64,000 nt of DNA from Phycisphaeraceae bacterium (lineage in GTDB: Bacteria > Planctomycetota > Phycisphaerae > Phycisphaerales > Phycisphaeraceae), in contig OY771506.1 in the NCBI GenBank assembly GCA_963674705.1, positions 3,200,001 to 3,264,000 of the forward strand, written 5' to 3'. Both the position numbers and the translations under genes were made by a program. Of the stretch, positions 50,176 through 59,826 are shown piece after piece (within the stretch, counting starts at the first letter, position 1; the number at the start of each line of letters is the position of its first letter). The notes under the pieces were generated by a model that was not told the DNA's origin, did not search any database, and saw only the letters and a list, made by a program, of their open reading frames with translations.

Positions 50176-51623
50176 ACCACATACTTATCGTTGACAATCC
50201 TGACCGTTGGCCGCTGAACATCCCCGGCGTAGAGGTCGTCGCTGCCAAGACATACCTCACCGAGCCTCGCTTCGCCACGATGGATCATGCAAAAGCGTAC
50301 AACCTCTGCCGCAGCTTCAAGTATCAGACGGCCGGCTACTACGTCTCATTGCTTGCTACAGCGCGTGGTCATCAACCATTGCCTTCCATCGAAACCATCC
50401 AGGACCTGAAGCTGGAACCGGTGATCCGCGTCGCGGGCCAGGAGCTGGATGACCTGATCCAGAAGGCGCTCAAGCCGCTGAAGTCTGAGCAGTTTGAGTT
50501 GAGCATCTACTTCGGACGCAACACCGCCGCCAGATACGACAAGCTTGCCACCGCCTTGTTCGGCCAGTTCCCCGCGCCGCTTTTGCGTGTGACCTTTGAA
50601 TACACCGACCGTTGGGCAATCGACAGTATCCGTGTCATCGGCAGCCGAGATATCCCAGACGCCCACCGTGACTTCTGTATCGAGCAGGCCGAGGCATACT
50701 TCAATAAACCCGCCCGTGCACGACGGAAAAAAGCGTATCGTTATGACCTGGCGATCCTGCGTGATCCCGAAGAGCAAACGCCGCCTTCCAGCGAAAAAAC
50801 GATCGGTTTGTTCGCTTCGACTGCGGAGAGCCTGGGATTGCGCACAGAACTGATTACAAAGTCCGACTACGGCAGAGTGGCCGAGTTCGATGCGCTGTTT
50901 ATCCGCGAAACCACCGCTGTCAATCACCACACGTTCCGCTTTGCCCGCCGTGCTTCAGCGCAAGGTGTGATTGTCATCGACGATCCGGAATCCATCCTAC
51001 GCTGCACCAACAAAGTCTTTCTCGCAGAATTACTGACCCGCCATGACATACCCACACCGAGTACGGTCATCTTCTCAAAAGACAACTGGGAGCAGGTCAT
51101 CGACAGGATCGGTTTCCCCTGTGTGTTGAAGCTGCCCGATAGTTCTTTCTCGGCCGGTGTTGTCAAGGTTGATGATGAAAAGGCCTATCAAGAGATTCTG
51201 CCGCAGATGCTTGATGCCTCGGAGCTGATCCTGGCTCAGGAGTTCGTACCGACCGCGTTCGACTGGCGCATTGGTGTGCTGGACGGCCAGCCTCTATACG
51301 CCTGCCGATACCACATGGCCCGGAAACACTGGCAAATCATTAAACGTGATGACGGCGGTAAAGTCCGCTACGGCCAGTCCGACACGCTGCCCGTCCACCA
51401 GGCACCGGCCAAGGTCGTCCGAACCGCGGTCAAGGCCGCACGACTCGTCGGCGACGGGCTCTATGGCATCGACTGTAAAGAGATCGACGGTAAACCCATG
51501 ATCATCGAAGTGAACGATAATCCAAATATCGACGCCGGGGTCGAAGACAAAGTCCTGGGCCCGATGCTCTACGAAACGCTGATGCGCACCTTCATCGCGC
51601 GGATCGAGAGCCGCCGACGATGA
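50172..51623 (+). CDS. RimK-family ATP-grasp ligase with N-terminal RLAN-like domain
   Basis: NLCRS...GYYVSLLA N-domain; DALFIRET, CTNK, LKLPDSSFS, QEF, DWRIG, IEVNDNP. Confidence 0.9.
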   Translation: MNHILIVDNPDRWPLNIPGVEVVAAKTYLTEPRFATMDHAKAYNLCRSFKYQTAGYYVSLLATARGHQPLPSIETIQDLKLEPVIRVAGQELDDLIQKALKPLKSEQFELSIYFGRNTAARYDKLATALFGQFPAPLLRVTFEYTDRWAIDSIRVIGSRDIPDAHRDFCIEQAEAYFNKPARARRKKAYRYDLAILRDPEEQTPPSSEKTIGLFASTAESLGLRTELITKSDYGRVAEFDALFIRETTAVNHHTFRFARRASAQGVIVIDDPESILRCTNKVFLAELLTRHDIPTPSTVIFSKDNWEQVIDRIGFPCVLKLPDSSFSAGVVKVDDEKAYQEILPQMLDASELILAQEFVPTAFDWRIGVLDGQPLYACRYHMARKHWQIIKRDDGGKVRYGQSDTLPVHQAPAKVVRTAVKAARLVGDGLYGIDCKEIDGKPMIIEVNDNPNIDAGVEDKVLGPMLYETLMRTFIARIESRRR

Positions 51624-52885
51624 GTGATACGCAACCCCTTTCACAATACCAATACCCACTTGGCCTTTTCGATCGCTACGGCGTCGAGCTCGAATACATG
51701 ATCGTCGATCGGGATACGCTGAACGTGCGCCCGATCTGCGATGAACTGCTCAAGGCGGTCTGCGGTTCGTATGAATCCGAGATCCAGCCGGATGGTGAAG
51801 ATTCTCCTATCGCCTGGTCCAATGAGTTGGCTCTGCATGTTGTTGAGTTCAAGACCAACGACCCGGCCGAGTCGTTGAATGGGCTGGATGGACTACTTCA
51901 TCAGCACATCAAGCGTGCCAACACGCTGCTTGAAACAATGGATGCCGTGCTGATGCCGACCGCGATGCACCCGTGGATGGACCCGTTCGCTGAATTGAAA
52001 CTCTGGCCGCACGAGGCCAGCCCGATCTACGAGGCGTTTGATCGTATCTTCTCCTGCAAGGGACACGGCTGGGCGAACCTCCAGAGCACACACATCAATC
52101 TCCCGTTCGCCAATGACGATGAGTTCGGCCGACTCCATGCCGCCATCCGCGCTGTCTTGCCGTTGATCCCCGCGTTGGCTGCCGCATCGCCCATCGTCGA
52201 TGGCAAGGTGACCGGCCATTCAGATACACGGATCGATGTCTACCGAACCAACGCACGCAAATTGCCTTCGGTCAGCGGCAAGGTCATCCCCGAGCCTGTT
52301 TACACGCGCGATACTTATGAAAACGAACTCCTCGCAGGGTTGTACCGCGACATCGCTCCCTTCGATCAGCAAGGCATACTCCAATACGAATGGCTGAACG
52401 CACGCGGCTGCATCGCCCGTTTCGATCGTGGATCGATTGAAATACGCCTTCTTGACATTCAGGAATGCCCCAAGGCAGACCTCGCGATTACTGCGTTGAT
52501 TGTGGAAACCGTACGGGCATTAACCGAGGGCCGTTGGATCGATCAACACACGCTTAGAGTATTGGATATGCAAACTTTAGCCGATGTCCTCACGGGTACG
52601 ACGCGTGATGCCGAACGGACAGTGATTCAATACAAGCCCTTGCTTCATGCTTTAGGCTGCCATCAGGACAAGATCACCGCTGGGGAGTTGTGGGAATACC
52701 TGATTGATGAACTTGTTCCACACAACTCGCCTTGGCTCGAAACGTTAGAGGCGATATCCACTCATGGAACGTTGTCCACACGTATCCTCAAAGCAACAGG
52801 CGCACAACCGGAGCAGGGATCGATCGCGCAGACTTATCGCAATCTGATCGATTGTCTGAAGAACAACAGACTCTTCCTGCCCTGA
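51620..52885 (+). CDS. Glutamate-cysteine ligase family 2 (GCS2) carboxylate-amine ligase
   Basis: GVELEYMIVD, NELALHVVE, MHPWM, STHINL, IEIRLLD. Confidence 0.88.
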   Translation: MSDTQPLSQYQYPLGLFDRYGVELEYMIVDRDTLNVRPICDELLKAVCGSYESEIQPDGEDSPIAWSNELALHVVEFKTNDPAESLNGLDGLLHQHIKRANTLLETMDAVLMPTAMHPWMDPFAELKLWPHEASPIYEAFDRIFSCKGHGWANLQSTHINLPFANDDEFGRLHAAIRAVLPLIPALAAASPIVDGKVTGHSDTRIDVYRTNARKLPSVSGKVIPEPVYTRDTYENELLAGLYRDIAPFDQQGILQYEWLNARGCIARFDRGSIEIRLLDIQECPKADLAITALIVETVRALTEGRWIDQHTLRVLDMQTLADVLTGTTRDAERTVIQYKPLLHALGCHQDKITAGELWEYLIDELVPHNSPWLETLEAISTHGTLSTRILKATGAQPEQGSIAQTYRNLIDCLKNNRLFLP

Positions 52886-52901
52886 TTACGGCTGCCTTTT
52901 A

Positions 52902-53891
52902 TTAGCGGCGTCGACATGCGAATAAACCCATGCCCGCCAGCAATGCAAACGTTCCAGGTTCAGGCACCACACTTGATCCTGTCGGCGGCGTGCCCGCGTT
53001 CCAGTTATTCAGCACGATGTCCAGATCATCCAGCCCGACAAAGCCATCTCCGGATGGATCGGCGTGCGAATCAGCGGGCGGGACGTTCTGATTCCAATTG
53101 CCAAGCACGATATCCAGGTCGTCCAGGCCAACGAAACCATCGCTATTAAGATCGCCTGCCAGTCCGCCGCCGATCAGGTACTGCTCGATCCATACCTCAG
53201 CTAAGGTCTGGCCTTCTTCATTCACAACGGGCTGATCGCCCTCATAAATAATCTGGTTCTGCGTATTGCGTTCATAATCTGCGTTAAATAGCAGGTAAAC
53301 AGGCTCGCTATCGGTCAGACCGGACATCTTCAACTGGATGCAGACCAGGTAAAATCCATCCGCAGCATACGCTCCACCTGCTCCGCGTGCGGAATAGCTG
53401 ATGTGCTTGTGCAACACGCCGGACGGGCTCGTGCCATCCAGCACAAAACCCGCTACATCACTGGATGAACCATCCACCGAGATATTGGTAGCACTCGATA
53501 ACCGGAACTGAAGTGTATCGCCACTAACCGGCACGCCGAAGTCCACATCACCTTCACCATCCCAGTACAACAGGTTGTAATCGATTTGCGATATGGGGTG
53601 TGTGATCGCCAGCGCATCAAAGCCCAGATCGCTTGAAGCAAGCAGGGGGTATTCATCATTGCTGAAGTACCCAGGCGCGGTGCTGCCATAGATGCCTGAG
53701 TAGATAATATTGAGCGTTTCTGTGAACAGGCGCACGCCGGTGACGGTTGTACCACTATCAACGTCGACATAGCCGGTGTCGAGGGAGCCGTTGTCGTTGT
53801 ATGCAAGGATATCCACGTGGGCCGCTTGTGCACTGATCGAGCTTAAACAACTCAGCAGCAGGGCGGCAAATATCGTGTGTCGGGCCTTCAT
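52902..53891 (-). CDS. His-motif PEP-CTERM surface protein with dockerin-like double repeat
   Basis: AHVD after signal peptide, LHKH, two DGFVGLDDLDIVL repeats, VPEP..RRR. Confidence 0.85.
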   Translation of the reverse strand: MKARHTIFAALLLSCLSSISAQAAHVDILAYNDNGSLDTGYVDVDSGTTVTGVRLFTETLNIIYSGIYGSTAPGYFSNDEYPLLASSDLGFDALAITHPISQIDYNLLYWDGEGDVDFGVPVSGDTLQFRLSSATNISVDGSSSDVAGFVLDGTSPSGVLHKHISYSARGAGGAYAADGFYLVCIQLKMSGLTDSEPVYLLFNADYERNTQNQIIYEGDQPVVNEEGQTLAEVWIEQYLIGGGLAGDLNSDGFVGLDDLDIVLGNWNQNVPPADSHADPSGDGFVGLDDLDIVLNNWNAGTPPTGSSVVPEPGTFALLAGMGLFACRRR

Positions 53892-53922
53892 GAGAGGTCT
53901 CCAATGTTGAGTGGTTTGATAA

Positions 53923-53954
53923 TCGGCGCACCGACAGAATTGCCGGTGCGCCGA
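53923..53954. terminator. Intercistronic stem-loop
   Basis: TCGGCGCACCG...CGGTGCGCCGA perfect 11-bp stem. Confidence 0.6.
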
Positions 53955-53966
53955 ACTTGCTTTTGA

Positions 53967-54755
53967 TTAACGACGGGCCCGACGAACAGGCAGATAACTC
54001 ACTGCACCAATTAGCAGCAGGGATACAGCGCCCGGCTCGGGAACCAGGTTTGTTTCAACCCATTCTTCCGCCGCTTCGATCGCTTCATCCAACGCCGGTT
54101 CTTCCAGACCATAGCCGAAGACAAAGTAGATCGGATCGGTGGATTCCACGTTGGAAGCACTCAGCGTCAGAGATAACAGGTACACACCCGCAGAGGCATT
54201 GGCATCCAACGCGTTCAGCAGGAAGTCCATGTGGCCATGGCCGATGCCATTGCTGTCTGATGTCCATGGACTCACCGAGCCACTCACGGCGCTGCTGCTG
54301 CCGCTGACGGTGATGCTGTTGAACCCGTCATCGATGCTCAGCGATTCGATCGCTGCCGAGAAGTCGACGCCGCCGCTACCGTCCCAGTATGCGAGGCTGC
54401 TATCCAGGTCGGGCAGCATGTTCGCGGTGACTACCAGCGCGGTGTTGGCCGGGAAGACATAGTTCTGCCCGTCCGGGTCGGCGGCGGATTCACCGTCGGT
54501 GACGATGCCGGGTTCGTGACCCCCTGGCATCCCGCTGCCTTCCCAGTCGGCCTCCAATTCGCCGACGTAGACATAGGTCGGCCCCGTGTCGGTAACCAGG
54601 CCGGTTCCACCGTGGGCGTCATAATGGCCGGTAACGAGCTTGCCGTTATCAACGTAAGGCATGAGTCCACCCAGACCGCCGTGCGCGAGAACCGAGTTGG
54701 TAAAAACGCCACAGGCAAGCGTTGCGGCAGAAACAATAAGCGTTTGTTTGTACAT
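53967..54755 (-). CDS. His-motif PEP-CTERM surface protein, homologous to 52902-53891
   Basis: AHGG after signal peptide, GHGH, GVYLL, DPIYFVF, VPEP..RRARR. Confidence 0.85.
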   Translation of the reverse strand: MYKQTLIVSAATLACGVFTNSVLAHGGLGGLMPYVDNGKLVTGHYDAHGGTGLVTDTGPTYVYVGELEADWEGSGMPGGHEPGIVTDGESAADPDGQNYVFPANTALVVTANMLPDLDSSLAYWDGSGGVDFSAAIESLSIDDGFNSITVSGSSSAVSGSVSPWTSDSNGIGHGHMDFLLNALDANASAGVYLLSLTLSASNVESTDPIYFVFGYGLEEPALDEAIEAAEEWVETNLVPEPGAVSLLLIGAVSYLPVRRARR

Positions 54756-54815
54756 GATGAGACTTTCCTTTTGCCCCTCCGGGCATGAATGTTTATGAAT
54801 GAAAAATATGAATAA

Positions 54816-55556
54816 TTACTGAAGCCCCGGATTGAATAGGTTTTCTGATTCGCTGCGGAAGACATCACCAAAGGTGTTGGTTTCCGCGTGGCCGTCGAGG
54901 TAGCCGTAGTTCGAACGGGCATTAAACGATTCCGCTTCACCGCCGTGGGCATCGATCTGTACCTGCTCATTGGCGATCTTCGCAACGACATCGCCGCCGA
55001 CACCGAATACGTCCCAGTTTTCCGGGTGCGGGTGGTCGGCCGTGGCGAACTCGCCGTCAAATGCCATGATCAAAAAATGCACCGTCTTGGTCGGCGCTTG
55101 TACACGATCCAGCCGGTTCCATGCCTCTGCGCCATCGGGGCTCCTTCCGCTCTGATTCACATCCGCCAGGAACGTATTGATCCCGTAGCTGGTCCTGCGG
55201 TAGGTGTTCCCGCCTGAAACATAAGGCGACGGCTCGTCCCAATACAGACATTCATCCACCGGAGATCGCAGGATCATGTCTTCGCTGTAATAGCTTTCGA
55301 GTGTGTTGATCCATGCGATCCCCTCGTTGGGGGCGACCGTACCGTGGGGCAAGCCCGCGTTGATCAGCCAGCCGTCGTTGCTGGTGATGTATGCGTAATG
55401 GGCGATCTCCAGTTGACGCATCTGGCTCAGGCACTTTAATGTCTGGGCCGACCGCCGCGCCGCGCCAAGGGCGGGCAAGAGTATCCCCACTAACAATGCG
55501 ATGATCGAAATCACCACCAATAACTCGATGAGCGTAAACGCCCGTCGGTTCTTCAT
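54816..55556 (-). CDS. Prepilin-type N-terminal cleavage/methylation protein (DUF1559-like, H-X-DG C-terminus)
   Basis: AFTLIELLVVISIIALLVGILLPAL..AR, CLSQMRQ, SYGIN, NYGYLDGH. Confidence 0.9.
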   Translation of the reverse strand: MKNRRAFTLIELLVVISIIALLVGILLPALGAARRSAQTLKCLSQMRQLEIAHYAYITSNDGWLINAGLPHGTVAPNEGIAWINTLESYYSEDMILRSPVDECLYWDEPSPYVSGGNTYRRTSYGINTFLADVNQSGRSPDGAEAWNRLDRVQAPTKTVHFLIMAFDGEFATADHPHPENWDVFGVGGDVVAKIANEQVQIDAHGGEAESFNARSNYGYLDGHAETNTFGDVFRSESENLFNPGLQ

Positions 55557-55706
55557 GACAAGCCTCCACGAGCATACAGGCTCGATTGGAACACGTTCCG
55601 ATTCAATTCTGCCCGGCTGCAACAGCGCTGTACCGTGCGGTTACAGGTAACTATCGCGCCACATGGGCAGTGACAACAAGTGAATGTTTTTCAACTACGG
55701 CTAGTG

Positions 55707-56084
55707 TTAAAGAAGAATCGGCGGGCCGCGCGGTGATGCCTCGGACGGCAAGAAGTGGGGGATGAGTAAATCGACAAAAACCGCCGCACTACCGGCCTCA
55801 TCCAGGCTCAATAACGGCTCGGTATCAACCAGCACCGCCGTCGGCTTGTTCACGCCGGTAAGCATGTCGCATAGCCGACAGTCGTGCTCCTTCGGCGTGC
55901 TCGGTTCCGGCGTGTCTTGCTTATCACTGCAGTCGGACGAACAAGCATTCGATGCCTGCGTGGTCGGTGAATGCTCTAGTTGTAAGTGGATACCCAACGC
56001 CAGACCGCTGACGTAGAACAACATCGACGCGGTCAGCAGCACGCTGACCATCAAGTGGCGAGTTGCTTTAGCACGTGTCCACAT
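55707..56084 (-). CDS. DUF2946-like small His/Cys membrane protein
   Basis: TM helix, HLQLEH, HDCRLC, C-terminal RGPP; ATG overlaps the Fur TGA. Confidence 0.72.
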   Translation of the reverse strand: MWTRAKATRHLMVSVLLTASMLFYVSGLALGIHLQLEHSPTTQASNACSSDCSDKQDTPEPSTPKEHDCRLCDMLTGVNKPTAVLVDTEPLLSLDEAGSAAVFVDLLIPHFLPSEASPRGPPILL

Positions 56085-56461
56085 CAATTCGCACATGCCT
56101 CGCATCGGCCGTACAGGACTAACTCGTGACTTTCCATCACGAAGCCTGTCGGTAATAGTTCCTTGAGGTGACCCGGACAACCTTCCACATCGAAAACCTT
56201 CCCGCAGCTTCGGCACTCAAAATGGTGGTGGTGCGCCTTACCTGCCATTTCATACGCGGTCGATCGCTCGCCGGGCAGGTGTACTTCGGTTAACCAACCC
56301 GATTCAACACCCGCTTTCAAAGCGCGGTAGACAGTAGCCGCTCCGAGCCCCGGGGTGGTGCGCCGAGCACCGGCCAGGATCTCATCTGCGCGCACGGGGC
56401 GGTCGACTTCTTCCACAAATCTGCGGATCGCTGCCTTTTGATCTGTGCGTCGTTGTATCAT
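56084..56461 (-). CDS. Fur family regulator (Zur-like)
   Basis: ATVYRAL, HHHHFECRSCG, LYGRCEAC. Confidence 0.92.
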   Translation of the reverse strand: MIQRRTDQKAAIRRFVEEVDRPVRADEILAGARRTTPGLGAATVYRALKAGVESGWLTEVHLPGERSTAYEMAGKAHHHHFECRSCGKVFDVEGCPGHLKELLPTGFVMESHELVLYGRCEACAN

Positions 56462-56464
56462 GGT

Positions 56465-56500
56465 AATGATAATATGTTATCAATAGAAGGGGGACTGGTC
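56465..56500 (-). promoter_or_regulatory. sigma70 promoter overlapped by a Fur/Zur-type palindrome
   Basis: Minus strand TTGACC-17 nt-TAACAT; TGATAA-tatg-TTATCA at 56467-56482. Confidence 0.7.
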
Positions 56501-56546
56501 AACACAAGCTGAATAAATTCTAGCCACTTTATCACAGATAAAAAGA

Positions 56547-56579
56547 ATAGCCCCCCAGTTTTAATAACTGGAGGGCTAT
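56547..56579 (-). terminator. Intrinsic terminator after the GH130 gene
   Basis: ATAGCCCCCCAGTT ttaat AACTGGAGGGCTAT; T-rich tail on the minus strand. Confidence 0.75.
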
Positions 56580-56607
56580 GGTTGGGCTTTATATTGTTTT
56601 TAATCTT

Positions 56608-58089
56608 TCAATAACCGCCGTTTACAGTCAGAGCATTGAGCAGTTCAGACATGCTGGTAGTCGCGAATGTCGTTGCCGAATCACTGACCGCATACGGGAT
56701 CATCAGCAGATCCCCGTTGAGCAGCGCCCCACATGTATAAACAACATTGGGTACGTACCCTTCACGCTCGTTGGCTTCAGGCACGATCAGCGGGTCACGC
56801 AGATGTCCGATCACCTTGGATGGATCATCCAGATCTAATAGCGATGCTCCGACACAGTACTGACGCATCGGGCCCACGCCGTGGGTCAGCAGCAGCCAGC
56901 CGGCTTCTGTCTCGATCGGCGGGCCGCAGTTGCCGATCTGCACGAATTCCCATGGATAACGCGGTGATTGCAGTTTGACCGCCTCGTTCCAGAAGTGGGG
57001 GTTGTCACTTTTCATCAGGTACATGTTCTCACCATCCAAACGCGAGACCATGTTGTAGAGGCCGTCAATCCGGCGGGGGAACAGGGCCATCCCCTTGTTC
57101 TGGACGTACTTGCCGTTAAGCGTATGGACCTTGATGTCAGTAAAGTCATCTGTTTCCAAAAGCTGTGGCAGGATGCGGAAGCCGTTGTAGGCCGTGTAGG
57201 TCCCGAAGTACGTCACCCTGCCATCATCCTCGACGAAACGGGTCATCCGCAGGTCTTCGATGCCTTTGGATTCATTCTCCGAGGTCGGGAAGATCACGAT
57301 CTCGTTCGGATCAGCGTCAGGTGGGACCAGCAGATGGTAGTTGCTGCGTGCCAGCCAGAGCATGTTCTCCGCGGTCTCGTTAAATGTGCCGTTGTTGTTC
57401 GGCCTGTCCCTGAGTTGAGCGACCGTGTGATCGAGGTCTCGGTAGGTGAAGTATTCGGGCAATGCATCGAGGATATTTCTGGCGGTCTCGTTATACGCCG
57501 CCATCTCGATGAGCTTGTAGAAGAACAGGTTCTTCTCGTATTCCTGATCGGTACGCATCCGCAATCGAGCCGCGTATCGGCTCTGTGGATCGAAGGTGAT
57601 TTCGCCCTTGGTGTCCACTTTGCCGGTGCGGAACACGATCGAGGATACGTGCCCCTCGCCGGTCGCGCGCAGGCTCATGATGAACCGTAGTTCGCCCTTT
57701 TTCAAACCGTCCTGGTTGGGGTGTGGAACGATAGAGGGATTAAATAACGCCGCCGCCTCGATCGAGTACTCCATCGTGAAGTAGGAGCCGATCAGCAGTC
57801 GACGTTCCCTGGTTAACTCGTCAGGTTTTTCCAGCAGGGGACGGATGTAATCGAAGTGGTGTTCCAGGATATCTTCGATCCGCCGGTGCCTGTCGCCAAA
57901 GTCCTGTAACACGCGCTGCAGAAGCGAATTCACTTCCGCATGATCCAAGGCAGCAATACGACGTATTACCGTCATGACGCGGTTCTCATCGCCGAAGCGG
58001 AAAAACCGTGTGATGACCCGCCGATCATCGGAGATAAAGCGGTCCGGGTGCCGCGTGACGTTGATTTGTGGAGTGGCTCGGGCAGGCAT
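56608..58089 (-). CDS. Glycoside hydrolase family 130 protein with N-terminal extension
   Basis: ALFNPS, GIEDLR, YTAY, NKGMALFP, THGVG, GYVPNVVY, PYAVSD. Confidence 0.9.
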   Translation of the reverse strand: MPARATPQINVTRHPDRFISDDRRVITRFFRFGDENRVMTVIRRIAALDHAEVNSLLQRVLQDFGDRHRRIEDILEHHFDYIRPLLEKPDELTRERRLLIGSYFTMEYSIEAAALFNPSIVPHPNQDGLKKGELRFIMSLRATGEGHVSSIVFRTGKVDTKGEITFDPQSRYAARLRMRTDQEYEKNLFFYKLIEMAAYNETARNILDALPEYFTYRDLDHTVAQLRDRPNNNGTFNETAENMLWLARSNYHLLVPPDADPNEIVIFPTSENESKGIEDLRMTRFVEDDGRVTYFGTYTAYNGFRILPQLLETDDFTDIKVHTLNGKYVQNKGMALFPRRIDGLYNMVSRLDGENMYLMKSDNPHFWNEAVKLQSPRYPWEFVQIGNCGPPIETEAGWLLLTHGVGPMRQYCVGASLLDLDDPSKVIGHLRDPLIVPEANEREGYVPNVVYTCGALLNGDLLMIPYAVSDSATTFATTSMSELLNALTVNGGY

Positions 58090-58210
58090 AGGTACATCGC
58101 TTATCGTCAGCCTGTGCAGCCGGCTTGATATTGGTTAGCCGGGGCAGGGGAGGTCCGTTGAAGTCATCTGGTTTCAACTCGGGCCGCCCCGGCAAACTGA
58201 TCCGCCCGTG

Positions 58211-58978
58211 TTAATTATTCCTGTTCTCGCCGAATAACGCCCGGCCGATCCTCAGCACATTCGCGCCTTCTTCGATGGCCATTTCCATGTCGTCGCTCAT
58301 CCCCATCGAGAGGATGTTGCATTCGTTGCCACCGATCTTTTCTCGCCGTATATCGGCAAGAATGTCCGCGGTCCGTGCAAAAGCGGGGCGGGCGTCTTCC
58401 GGGTTACCCGTGTTCGGGCCCATCGTCATCAGGCCTCGCAACCGCAGGTGCATCATCGTGTCGATCTGCTCGGCCAGGTGGATCACTGCCGGGCCGGCGA
58501 CGCCCGTCTTGGTCGTCTCGCCCGTGACATTCACCTGGATCAGGATGTCCGCCACCACATCCATCCGCGCCGCGTAGTTATGGATCTCTTCGGCTAACCG
58601 AAGGCTGTCTACGCTGTGGATCAAGCCCACCAGCGGGATGGTTTGCTTGACCTTGTTCCGCTGCAGGTGACCGACCATGTGCCAGCGTACTTTTTCCGGC
58701 AGGCCGTCGATCGATGCCTTGGGAGCGGCGCCCGCCAGCGTCTTCTTGCGGCCGAGGAATTCCTCCATCATCGCCACGCGCTGAGACAACTGCTGGACCT
58801 TGGATTCCCCGAGTTCTGCGTGGCCCATCTCCACTAGTGTGCGGATCTGGTCCGGGCTGGCATACTTGGTCACGGCGACCATTTGCACGTCCCGACCACG
58901 ACGCCCGGCTCGCTCAGCCGCTTCGTGGATACGGTCCTGCACTCGCCGGTAGGCATCCTTCAACTGTGTCGGGCTCAT
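58211..58978 (-). CDS. yggS: PLP-binding protein YggS/PROSC family
   Basis: VAVTK, WHMVGHLQRNK, HSVDS, GLMTM, LSMGMS.D, RIGRALFG. Confidence 0.93.
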   Translation of the reverse strand: MSPTQLKDAYRRVQDRIHEAAERAGRRGRDVQMVAVTKYASPDQIRTLVEMGHAELGESKVQQLSQRVAMMEEFLGRKKTLAGAAPKASIDGLPEKVRWHMVGHLQRNKVKQTIPLVGLIHSVDSLRLAEEIHNYAARMDVVADILIQVNVTGETTKTGVAGPAVIHLAEQIDTMMHLRLRGLMTMGPNTGNPEDARPAFARTADILADIRREKIGGNECNILSMGMSDDMEMAIEEGANVLRIGRALFGENRNN

Positions 58979-59065
58979 CAATCCTTCCATGGTTTATCAA
59001 GGTTAGGGCGTTTGACTGGCATATGCAAGGGCGTTTGTATCCTGTTCGTAAGACTTAAGACATAT

Positions 59066-59689
59066 TTACTTCGCATCCAAACGCTTATTTAAGAATCTCT
59101 TGCCGAAAATGATGCCCAGGATAATCAGGCAGATCACGATGATGACGCCTTTTTCGCCGTTGGCGACCCAGAGACGCACCTGCTCCAGGTACTCTGCGAA
59201 GTAGTATGCCAGCCCCAGAATAACAGGTACGCTGATCAGCGCCGCCCCGCCATCGTAGGCCAGAAACTTCCAGTAAGGGACCTTGAAGTTGCCTGCAGTG
59301 AAGATCGCCGGGGCACGCAGCCCGGGCAGGAAACGTACCGCAAACATGAACTTACCACCGTGCCGGTGCAGCATCGCCTCGGTCTTGGCCAGCCTTTTTT
59401 CGGTCAGGAACCGTCTCATCAGCGGTAGCTTCGGTACGTGGTGCCCGTATCGCCTGCCCAACCAGAACACCATCAGATCCGCTCCAACCACAGCGATGAA
59501 CGTCAGCGGGAACAGTGCCCAAGGGTCCGCATAGCCGTGATAGGCCAGGTACCCCGCCAGAATCAGCGGCACATCTTCAGGAATCGGAAGACCAAACCCA
59601 CTTAACAGAAGCAACCCCAGCACCACCACGTAGGGCATGTATGGCGTGGAAGACCCGAGCTGCGTCAGTGGTTCAAACAGTTCGTTCAT
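59066..59689 (-). CDS. DedA family membrane protein
   Basis: GLPIPED, GRRYG, RFLPGLR. Confidence 0.9.
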   Translation of the reverse strand: MNELFEPLTQLGSSTPYMPYVVVLGLLLLSGFGLPIPEDVPLILAGYLAYHGYADPWALFPLTFIAVVGADLMVFWLGRRYGHHVPKLPLMRRFLTEKRLAKTEAMLHRHGGKFMFAVRFLPGLRAPAIFTAGNFKVPYWKFLAYDGGAALISVPVILGLAYYFAEYLEQVRLWVANGEKGVIIVICLIILGIIFGKRFLNKRLDAK

Positions 59690-59826
59690 AAAATCGCAAC
59701 GATCCTACCGGGATACCGCACTCCTGTCTTGGCAGCCGTATATGCAGGGTGACATGGGGATTGGCAAATCATGGTTTTTAATTTGGGTGTCAACACAGGC
59801 AGGCGTAAACGTTCAGCCCGTATGTG

